Assembly: GCA_028864975.1 (NCBI GenBank)
Contig: JAGWLG010000015.1
Location: forward strand, 8,253-72,252
From: Thermoplasmata archaeon
GTDB lineage: Archaea > Thermoplasmatota > Thermoplasmata > Lutacidiplasmatales > UBA184
DNA length: 64,000 nt
Direction of reading: 5' to 3'
Under the pieces are notes generated by a model. The model was not told the origin of the DNA and did no database searches. It saw only the letters and a program-made list of their open reading frames with translations. The position numbers were made by a program, and so were the translations under genes. Below are positions 19,001 through 25,677 of this stretch, in pieces; the first letter of the stretch is position 1; every line of letters starts with the position of its first letter.

Positions 19001-19160
19001 GGCCTCCGGGAACCGGCTCGCGGAAGGCTTTCTGCTGGGCGCTCTCGGGCGCTGGGAAAGGACCCGAGGTGAGGGGGCCCGAGCTGACGAGTTCCAACAC
19101 CGCGCTGCCTCTCTGCTCCGGGCCTGCGGTGTCGAGCGGGACCCCTGGGTGCTCGTCTGA
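16011..19160 (+). CDS. STAND-type AAA ATPase with inserted DUF835 domain and C-terminal TPR-like repeats (1049 aa)
   Basis: Walker A GPGGIGKT; DUF835-like insert (LLLSRE.P...LWLS...VSGLEYLVSQNAF..VLRLLQFLRD); Walker B LLIVDDLQWAD; SGGNPFFL; F.HPLV; helical TPR-like C-terminus. Its stop abuts the convergent gene with no gap (TGATCA). Confidence 0.85.
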   Translation: MPAEPATSDPLTQAIPLIGRGAETRQLRQALDSALAGRGSAWTLEGPGGIGKTRLLRWMESSARGEGFEVLWGYCLKETISPFFAFEQVFRPRATGVGATATSSGAVEGKSVVGRELPAVGNLPSVLILEEERPRRIFEMVRKYGPETPTLLLSRERPSTLRLKDPSLDPGTTILWLSRSEGEDVVPPSQMDALGERLQLHLVRHPGAIVAVSGLEYLVSQNAFLPVLRLLQFLRDTAESSGGHLLISLPSAAFEARELSLLEGEGEVLRPSTAPPVPPGAPESHPSERGGVSPGPEAPATTLLRYLDQLERTSSTRPALLIVDDLQWADAQSALTFQFLARNLGSLRVVLVAGLRDEATEGSGSGETSLSSSLESLRHQGHLRSLSLGGLAESEMMELIDRRLGGPLRLDAHDQEFRDFLQRSGGNPFFLLETVEQLRDEGWVRRQDGAFTLTSPGSAGGAAAEGPGTAQLPATIRKLVGHRIAHLPADLRRTLEVASVVGSEFEMAPLVSVLGRSQVEVEGQLKALHERYRLLETIPGTPRYAFGHPLVWEATRLTLPKEDLAKIAQQLAAWWATSRPEDVELIARLYHDARDGKEGIPWFRRAAEQAKRSLAADALLTYFRWWKELTGHTEGEVEALLTSLYEANWHIATSGAFREAIELAELAETLPVNEQQRWLVELGTADLLGQRDAARGAAILERLTREFEAAGPRVPLGLRSHLQVARGSQFLAQGRFEEAVGLLLPTLSAPPTSPELLRLQVRVMLQAPAALLGANRREEAREIFAQFRAERLDRRLEGEGLGARGALGGILSSEAQLLLLEGDVPGAIARFQEAIDHMRQTGILRWLTVALSFQAEALLERGDLAAARASLDEARALSDKFEFAQGAASERWGRGLLHLQSKAWDLARSAFEDALQRYALLGDPDAPEVRLGLARVRSETGDPTGALEDLRRLEPSVARMESRWRPQFYRFRSRVRGRLGDARGAREDLEKGLELARASGNRLAEGFLLGALGRWERTRGEGARADEFQHRAASLLRACGVERDPWVLV

Positions 19161-20342
19161 TCAGCGAGAAGCGCCGAGCAGCTTGCGTGCCGCGACGACC
19201 TTCAGGATCTCATCGGTCCCGTGGGCGGAGGTCCCGGAACGGACGTCCCTCCAGCGCTGTTCGTGGGGGAGCCGCGAAGAGTACCCGGCGCCCCCGTGGA
19301 ACTGCATCGCGTGGTCCAGGACCTTGAGCGCGGTCGAGTTCCCGAGCCACTTCGCGAGAGCGGCCTCCGCCGAGACCTCCTCGTGCCGATGCCAGCGGGC
19401 AAGGACATCCCAGGCGAAGAGCCGGGCGGAGCGAAGTTGGGCATGGTCCTCCACCAGAGGGAAGGAGACCCCCTCGAAGGAAGAGAGCGGCCGTCCGAAG
19501 GCGTTCCGGGAGGCCACGTGCTGTCGGGTCTCCCCCCAGGAAGCCCTCGCGACGGAGAGGTAGAGGAGGCCGAGCAGCGCTCGTTCGGGTGTCAGCTCCT
19601 CCATGAAATAGGAGAAGCCTTTGCCCTCTTCCCCGACCCGAGAACCTGACGGAACCTGCACGTGATCATAGTGGACGGTGCCGCGGCGCATCCACTTCTC
19701 CCCCAGGTCCTCGCTGAGCTCGTGCGAGATCCCTCGGAGGTCCTGAGGCACGAGGAAGAGCGAGATCCCTTTCGCGCCCTCCCCGGGTGCGGTCTTAGCG
19801 TAGACGAGGGCAGCCTGTGCATCCTCCGCAAAGGCCACCTCGCTCTTGGTCCCGGAGATCACGTAGAGGTCGCCTTCGCGCTCGGCACGGGTGGAGAGGG
19901 CGGCGGCGTCAGAGCCGGCATGGGGCTCGGTCACCTGATTGGCGATGAGCAGCTCTCCTCGGAGGAGCGGACGGTACCACCTTTCCAGAAGTTCCGGGGA
20001 CCCATGGAGGAGCGGCGAACAGAACTCGGGCTGAAGGACCAACTTGGCGAAGACGCTACCCCCCAGGAACCCGATCTCCTCGATGAGCGCAGCTTCATCG
20101 AGGACCGACCAGGCTTGGCCCCCGACCGAGGTCGGAGCACGAGGCCCGAGCCATCCTCGTGCCGCGAGGGCCTTCCACTCCCTCTGGGGGAAGGAGGGAT
20201 GGCGGTCAAGCTCGCTATAGCGTCGTGCAAGGTCCAAGGCGAGAGCGAACTCCCGAACCTCCTTTCGCAGCGCCGGTGCGCGTGGGGTAGCGAACGGGGA
20301 GGCAGGGTCGATCTCGGAGGCCGGCTCGGGAGTTCCGTTCAT
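19161..20342 (-). CDS. Acyl-CoA dehydrogenase family protein
   Basis: VTEPHAGSDAAAL, ISGTK.EV, G.EGKGF, RNAFGRPL, AKWL...A...AMQFHGGAGY. ATG 20342 overlaps the upstream stop (ATGA). Confidence 0.9.
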   Translation of the reverse strand: MNGTPEPASEIDPASPFATPRAPALRKEVREFALALDLARRYSELDRHPSFPQREWKALAARGWLGPRAPTSVGGQAWSVLDEAALIEEIGFLGGSVFAKLVLQPEFCSPLLHGSPELLERWYRPLLRGELLIANQVTEPHAGSDAAALSTRAEREGDLYVISGTKSEVAFAEDAQAALVYAKTAPGEGAKGISLFLVPQDLRGISHELSEDLGEKWMRRGTVHYDHVQVPSGSRVGEEGKGFSYFMEELTPERALLGLLYLSVARASWGETRQHVASRNAFGRPLSSFEGVSFPLVEDHAQLRSARLFAWDVLARWHRHEEVSAEAALAKWLGNSTALKVLDHAMQFHGGAGYSSRLPHEQRWRDVRSGTSAHGTDEILKVVAARKLLGASR

Positions 20343-21742
20343 GGACTCCCTTCGTGGAGGGCACCGCCACCGTCCCTCGCTCGTTTCGGGTCCGGTCGGT
20401 ACTCCCCCACGACCCCCGCTTGGCGGAGCGCCTTGCGCGCCGGTTCGGAGAGGCCGAGGATGCCGGAGAGCACCGCGTCGTTGTCCTGGCCCAGCCAGGG
20501 ACCCCCACGCCAGACCCGCCCCGGGGTCCGGGAGAGCTTGGGAGCGACCCCGGCGCCGCGCACAGGCCCCAGGACCGGGTCCTCCCATCCGAGCAACATC
20601 TCGCGGGCCCTGAACTGGGGATTCTCCGCGATCTCTTGCATGCCCAGGATGGGAGCGAAAGCGACGTCGTTCTGAAGCCCCAGCTCCTCGAGGTCGTGGA
20701 CTGACCTGGCGCGGGTGAACTCCCGGAGACGCAGATCGATCCGATCCCGGTCTGAGAGGCGTCCCTCCATGGTCCTCCAAGAAGGCTCCTCGGGGAGGCC
20801 TACTAGCGATCTCAGCTTCTCCCAGCTGAGGGGGGTGGGAGCCGCCAAGGCGACCCACCCGTCGCGTGCGGGATAGATTCCGTAAGGGTACAGTCGCGGG
20901 TGGGCGGCCCCGTGCCTCTGCCGGACCTCGCCCCGGGAGAAGTAGTCCACCGCCATGTTCTCCATCATCAGGAAGAAGAGCTCGTAGGCGGCCACGTCCA
21001 CGACCTGCCCTTCCCCGGTCCGCTCGGCGTGGTGGAGGGCCATGAGCGCCGCCGTCGCTGCGCCCAGGCCGGTCACGAGGTCATTGATCGCGGTCCCGCT
21101 CTGCATCGGAGGCTTCGGGTCGGGCTCTCCCTGGCAAGCGAGGTAGCCGCTCATCGCCTGGGCGATGAGGTCGTAGGACGCGCGCCGAACGTATCGTGGG
21201 TCGCCGGTCTGGCCGAAGCCGGAAACGTGGACGATCACCAAGGCGGGATTGGCCTCGAGGACGGTCGCGTCGGAGAGACCCAACTTGTCGAAGGTCCCCG
21301 GGCGTGAGGCGTCGATCCAGATCTGGGAGCGCTCCAAGAGGTCGAGCAGCAGCTCGCGCCCCTTGGCGGTCGTCAGGTCCAGGCCGAGGGAGAGCTTGTT
21401 GCGGCCGTACTGGACCCAGGACTCGGAGACCTGTCCCGCGGAGGGGGCCCCGACCGGGAGGAGTGGGGGAAGCAATCGGGAAGGGTCGACGTAGGAAGGG
21501 CCGAACGGAGGTCCTTCCACGTGGACCACCTCGGCCCCAAAGTCGGCCAGGAAGGTGGCCGCCCAGGGCCCTGCGACCACCCGTCCGGTATCGACGACCC
21601 GCACATCTTGGAGGGGCCCGTAGACGGGTGGGACCCGCCGTTCCTCGGACGGCGGGACGGACGCCCCGGCGCCCTTCGGGCTGGGGGCGGAGGCCACCAC
21701 GCCTCGCGTGGGGACCCCCCCGGGATAATCCGGGAGGTTCAC
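20339..21742 (-). CDS. Family III CoA-transferase (CaiB/BaiF)
   Basis: GPLQDVRVVD...AGPWAATFLADFGAEVVHVE, RNKLSLGLDL, VSGFGQTG, YDLIAQAMSG, catalytic-position Asp in INDLVTG. Exact start uncertain. Confidence 0.9.
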   Translation of the reverse strand: MNLPDYPGGVPTRGVVASAPSPKGAGASVPPSEERRVPPVYGPLQDVRVVDTGRVVAGPWAATFLADFGAEVVHVEGPPFGPSYVDPSRLLPPLLPVGAPSAGQVSESWVQYGRNKLSLGLDLTTAKGRELLLDLLERSQIWIDASRPGTFDKLGLSDATVLEANPALVIVHVSGFGQTGDPRYVRRASYDLIAQAMSGYLACQGEPDPKPPMQSGTAINDLVTGLGAATAALMALHHAERTGEGQVVDVAAYELFFLMMENMAVDYFSRGEVRQRHGAAHPRLYPYGIYPARDGWVALAAPTPLSWEKLRSLVGLPEEPSWRTMEGRLSDRDRIDLRLREFTRARSVHDLEELGLQNDVAFAPILGMQEIAENPQFRAREMLLGWEDPVLGPVRGAGVAPKLSRTPGRVWRGGPWLGQDNDAVLSGILGLSEPARKALRQAGVVGEYRPDPKRARDGGGALHEGSP

Positions 21743-21802
21743 CGGTGCACCTCGCGACGCTTATGGCCGAGGCCCGGTCCCCGTCCTCGGAGTCGGGAAC
21801 GC

Positions 21803-22579
21803 GTGTCCGGTTCACCCTGGGACCTCTCCCCCAAGGAGTTCTGCGAGGAACTGGCCCGGTACAAGCTCGCCCACCACCCCTTCCGGACCCATCCTTTCTT
21901 CCGGGAGTGGGAAGAAGGCAAGCTTCCCCTTGACCACATCCGCGCCTGGGCGCCCCAGTTCTACGCCTGGCTCTGTGTGATTCCAAGAGCTTACGCGCTC
22001 CGGTTCGCCCAGCTTCCTTGGGACGACGCGCACGCGAAGTACCGCGACATGCTCCTCGAACACCTGACCGAGGAGGCCGGCTACCCTTCGGAGCAACACC
22101 GACCTCACCCCGAGCTCTTCCTGAACTTCTGCAAGGGGATCGGGCTGTCGCGCGAGAAGGTGCAGTCGACCCCCTGGCTCCCAGGGACCTACCTCGCGGT
22201 CGATGACTTCCTCTACGTCAACCACTACGAGCCGTTCTACGTCTCCGCCGCAGGGTCCTCCGAGCCCCCGAACGTCGAGCTCTGCGAGCGACTTCTCCCC
22301 ACCCTTCGGAACGTCTACAAGGTCCCCGAAGCGAACCTCGAGTACTATGTCATGCACGGGGAGCTGGACAAGGAGCATAGCCAGCTCGTGAACTCGATCG
22401 TCGCCGATTTCGCGGGAGAGGGCCCCCAGACACGCCGGAGGATGTGGGAGGCGATGTTGCGCGGGATCGGAGTGCACCAGGCCCTGGTCGATGGGGTTCT
22501 CTGGTCCCTCCGAGCCATCCCCCCGAGGTCTCTCAAAGCGAACATGATCCCTCCCGCAACGCTGTCACGAACCCGTTGA
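21803..22579 (+). CDS. Heme-oxygenase-like diiron oxidase (TenA/PqqC/CADD-like)
   Basis: HPFFREW..G.L, HLTEEAG...HPELF, YYVMHGELDKEH match the E...H / E / H..D..H ligand pattern of the HDO fold. GTG 21803 has GGAG upstream. Confidence 0.8.
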   Translation: MSGSPWDLSPKEFCEELARYKLAHHPFRTHPFFREWEEGKLPLDHIRAWAPQFYAWLCVIPRAYALRFAQLPWDDAHAKYRDMLLEHLTEEAGYPSEQHRPHPELFLNFCKGIGLSREKVQSTPWLPGTYLAVDDFLYVNHYEPFYVSAAGSSEPPNVELCERLLPTLRNVYKVPEANLEYYVMHGELDKEHSQLVNSIVADFAGEGPQTRRRMWEAMLRGIGVHQALVDGVLWSLRAIPPRSLKANMIPPATLSRTR

Positions 22580-22730
22580 TCTTCGGTTCTGGCACCTTCT
22601 CGACGTTCGCTGAACGGCCCAATCCCGACCCGGGGTCCGAGAAGAGGGCTCACTCCTCGGGCGGACCCTCCCCGGTGAGGGGGAACCGGCTTGACGCCAC
22701 GTTCTCTCTCCAGGCCGGCGGGCCCGAGAT

Positions 22731-23222
22731 ATGTCGACGATCCAGGCGAAGGCGACATGGAAGGGAAGTTACGAGACTTGGCTGGAGGACGGAAGGGGTC
22801 ACAGCGTCGGGGTCGACCTCCCTCACGACGAGGGGGGTTCCGACACCGGAACCTCCGCGCTCGAGCTTCAGGTCCTCTCTCTGGCGGGTTGCATCAGCAC
22901 CATCTTCGCGCTCGTTGCGAAACGCCGTCGGCTCCGCTACCAGGGGCTCACGATCGAACTGGAAGCGCACCGCCCTCGTGGGGCCCCCACCGTGACGGCC
23001 GTGAATGGGACGTTCACCATCGAATCCGACGACGACCCGGGGGCCATCGACACGTCGCTGCAGATCACGGTCCGAACCTGCCCCGTGGGGGTCATCTACG
23101 AAAAGGCGGGGATCCCGGTCTCCATTCGGACCGTCGTTCGCCCGATGGTCGCCACCGCTCAGGCGGAGCGATCGGGCGTCCCCGCCGGGAACGGGCCCAC
23201 CGAGGGGCCTGCTCTCACCTGA
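22731..23222 (+). CDS. OsmC-like family protein
   Basis: D.P..EGG.D.G.S..EL...SLAGC and a second Cys in CPV. Confidence 0.85.
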   Translation: MSTIQAKATWKGSYETWLEDGRGHSVGVDLPHDEGGSDTGTSALELQVLSLAGCISTIFALVAKRRRLRYQGLTIELEAHRPRGAPTVTAVNGTFTIESDDDPGAIDTSLQITVRTCPVGVIYEKAGIPVSIRTVVRPMVATAQAERSGVPAGNGPTEGPALT

Positions 23223-23312
23223 GCCGCCTGGAACGACTCCCGGGGGCCACACGAAGGCGGGCTAACGCCTAATCTCCTCCGCCCCCATCGTAGGGAAGGC
23301 TCGACGCCCACC

Positions 23313-24104
23313 ATGGCGCCCAAGGACCTCTACCGGCTGCTGGGGGTGCCCTCCTACGCCTCCCAGGAGCGCATACGGACCGCCTACCGCAAGATGGTCC
23401 GCCGCTACCATCCCGACGTCTACCACGGGGACGCCGATGTGGCCCATGCCAACTTCCGAGAGCTCACGGAGGCGTACGATCTGCTCACCGACCCTTCCCG
23501 TCGGCGCGAGTACGACCGAAGGCGGGAGGAGGAACTGGCCGCAGCGGAGGTCCTCGACGCGGAGCAGCATCGTCGATGGCTGCACTTCCCTCCCCCCGAG
23601 ACCTCCGCCACTCCCACCATTGAGGGACGCGGTGGCCTCCAGACCTTCCGTAAGGCCTTTCGCAAGGCGAACGAGCAGCGGCTCTCCCGCCAGGACATCT
23701 CTCGTAGGACGAAGCTCCTCCTGGTGGCGGGTTTCGCGACCTTCTGTGCGGTCCTTCTCCTTCTGGTTGCGGTCCCCGTCTCCCAGCCCTTCTCGTTCTC
23801 CCAGGCCCCGGCTCCCGGCTGTGGGAACGGAGGAGGGGCCACCTACCAGTTCCTTCGTGGGGACCGAGTCACCCTGGCGTGGACCGTCCTGTCCGGGAAC
23901 TTCACGAACACTTCGACGCTGGACGTCCAAGTGACGGGCTCGGCAGGCACAGTGTCCATGGAGAGCGAGGCGCTACCAGGTTCCTCCGGGACCTACTCCT
24001 TCGTGGCGGATGGGAACGCGTACCAGTTCGCCAGCTGCTATTGGGGGCGCGGCTCCATCTCCGAGGTCCAGTTCAGCGGGAACTTCGTGGGGCCTCTGGT
24101 CTGA
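23313..24104 (+). CDS. Membrane-anchored J-domain protein with a C-terminal beta-rich domain
   Basis: DLYRLLGV..AS..IR.AYRKMVRRYHPD...F.EL.EAY..L.DP..RR.YD; one TM helix (LLLVAGFATFCAVLLLLVAV); no Gly/Phe-rich or zinc-finger region. Confidence 0.85.
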   Translation: MAPKDLYRLLGVPSYASQERIRTAYRKMVRRYHPDVYHGDADVAHANFRELTEAYDLLTDPSRRREYDRRREEELAAAEVLDAEQHRRWLHFPPPETSATPTIEGRGGLQTFRKAFRKANEQRLSRQDISRRTKLLLVAGFATFCAVLLLLVAVPVSQPFSFSQAPAPGCGNGGGATYQFLRGDRVTLAWTVLSGNFTNTSTLDVQVTGSAGTVSMESEALPGSSGTYSFVADGNAYQFASCYWGRGSISEVQFSGNFVGPLV

Positions 24105-24157
24105 GCTCCCCTTGGGGGGGCCGGGGCCAACGCCGTTCTTGGCGGGGCGCCCGCGAC

Positions 24158-24580
24158 CTATGCGAGCGCGATGTCGAGCCGGTCGAGCAACGCCCGGACG
24201 TGCTCCGGACCGATCGGTTTCCGCAGGTAGGCCTCCACCCGAAGCCCCTGAGCATTGAGCTCCTCGAGCTCGGGAAGCGAGCCGGTCAGGACCACGACGG
24301 GCAGACTCGAGGTCTTCGGGCGCGAGCGGATCTCCCCCAGGAAGTCGACGCCCGACATGCCGGGCAGGTGCAGGTCAAGGAACACGATATCGGGCAGGTT
24401 GTCTTCAGAGGAGGTGCTCCAGCGCTGCAGCAGCTCCAGAGCGGCCTCGCCCGAGGTCGCGGTCATACTGGAGACGTCCAGCCCGGACCGCTGGAACACC
24501 TCCTGCATGTAGCGAGCGTCTCCGGGGTTGTCCTCGACGAGCAGGACGTGGAGCTTCCGGGTCGATCCTAAGGTGGCCAT
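24158..24580 (-). CDS. Stand-alone response regulator receiver (Rcp1-like)
   Basis: LLVEDNPGDA, VFLDLHLPGMSG, VVLTGS, YLRKP. Confidence 0.9.
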   Translation of the reverse strand: MATLGSTRKLHVLLVEDNPGDARYMQEVFQRSGLDVSSMTATSGEAALELLQRWSTSSEDNLPDIVFLDLHLPGMSGVDFLGEIRSRPKTSSLPVVVLTGSLPELEELNAQGLRVEAYLRKPIGPEHVRALLDRLDIALA

Positions 24581-24731
24581 GTGCGACGAGTGACGGGGGC
24601 AAGCCGTCTAAGGAGTCCATGGAGGAGGGGATATAGGGGAGGCCCGTATCCATGCGTATAGCTGACCGCCCGGCGCCGACCCCGGACTCCCGCCTACAAG
24701 CCTGAAATACGGTCGGAGGCTGGAGCCTTCG

Positions 24732-24800
24732 ATGACCATTCCGAGCGGAACAGCCAAGGCTGCGCGCGCGGGCGGTCGGTATTTCTGGTCCTGGTGGTGA
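24732..24800 (+). CDS. Aromatic-amino-acid leader peptide MTIPSGTAKAARAGGRYFWSWW (22 aa), trpL-like
   Basis: ATG 24732 with GGAGG (24715-19) and GGAG (24722-25) upstream; ends TAT TTC TGG TCC TGG TGG TGA; 107 nt upstream of the aro/trp operon. Not in the ORF track (too short). Confidence 0.85.
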   Translation: MTIPSGTAKAARAGGRYFWSWW

Positions 24801-24907
24801 GCGGAGGCGCCGAACCGGCCTCCTCCTCAGCGTCCACCAAGACTTGATGAGCAGGACGGTCCGGTACCTCCCTCGCCTCTCCGGGAACGGAAGGAGAGAA
24901 GGAACGG
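24792..24907 (+). promoter_or_regulatory. Putative attenuator RNA with alternative hairpins and an SD-sequestering stem
   Basis: Helix A (16 bp): 24792-97/24834-39, 24798-801/24826-29, 24803-08/24818-23. Competing helix B (15 bp): 24814-29 with 24848-65. UCCG-GGAA-CGGA hairpin 24880-91, and CUCUCC 24877-82 complementary to GGAGAG 24893-98. No U-tract. Confidence 0.7.
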
Positions 24908-25666
24908 ATGAACGGCAAGGAGCTGCGCCTGCGTCGACTCTTCCCTAGCCCACGGGCCCGACTCTTTGCGGTCCCCTTGGACCACAGCTTGTCGGTCGGA
25001 CCCATCGAGGGGCTCCGCCAGTTGGAGCCTACGGCGCGATCGCTCCAGGAGGGCGGCGTGCGCTGCCTCATCGTTCACAAGGGGGGGGTTCGGACCATCG
25101 CCGCCTCGCTCATGCCCTCCACCCTCTTGGGGGTCCACCTCTCCGCCTCGACCTCCCTGGCCCAGGATACGGGGCGGAAGCGGATCGCAGGGACGGTCGC
25201 GGAAGCGGTCCGACTCGGCGCGGACCTGGTGAGCGTTCAGGTCAACTTTGGGGACCCGGCAGAGGGCGAGATGCTGGAGGACCTCGGGCACATGGCCGAG
25301 GAGTGCGAGGCGCTGGGGATGCCGCTCCTCTGCATGACCTACGTCAGATCGAAGGGCAAGGAGATCGAAGAGGCGGCGCTCGCCCACGCGTGCCGGGCCG
25401 CCGCGGACCTGGGGGCCGACGTCATCAAGACCAACTTCCCGAGCTCCCACGGGTTCCGCAGGCTCGTAGAGAGTACCCCCGTGCCCGTCCTCGTGGGGGG
25501 GGGGCCGAAGCTCGACCGGGAGGAGGACCTCCTCCAACTCGTCCGAGACGCGACCGAAGCGGGTGCGCGAGGCATCTGCATCGGGAGGAACCTGTTCCAA
25601 TCGTCGGACATTGTCGCGACCGCTCGCAAGGTCGCTTCGACGCTCGACGGGGTCGCCAAGGGCTGA
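24908..25666 (+). CDS. aroA': 2-amino-3,7-dideoxy-D-threo-hept-6-ulosonate (ADH) synthase, DhnA-type class I aldolase
   Basis: VPLDHSLSVGP, HKG, HLSAST, A.RLGAD.VS..VNFG, ADLGADVIKT, VLVGGG, IGRNLFQ; first gene before DHQ synthase II. Confidence 0.88.
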   Translation: MNGKELRLRRLFPSPRARLFAVPLDHSLSVGPIEGLRQLEPTARSLQEGGVRCLIVHKGGVRTIAASLMPSTLLGVHLSASTSLAQDTGRKRIAGTVAEAVRLGADLVSVQVNFGDPAEGEMLEDLGHMAEECEALGMPLLCMTYVRSKGKEIEEAALAHACRAAADLGADVIKTNFPSSHGFRRLVESTPVPVLVGGGPKLDREEDLLQLVRDATEAGARGICIGRNLFQSSDIVATARKVASTLDGVAKG

Positions 25667-25677
25667 GGGAGCAACGC

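Noticed and set aside
21803-22579. Assigning the HDO enzyme as a CADD-type pABA synthase because it is near aro genes
   Set aside because: The sacrificial Tyr position is Phe, and the gene is separated from the operon by three unrelated genes.
24652-24705. Short ORF MRIADRPAPTPDSRLQA upstream of the leader
   Set aside because: No regulatory codons, and it overlaps a TATA-like element (TATAG 24657-61), so it is probably not transcribed from its start.
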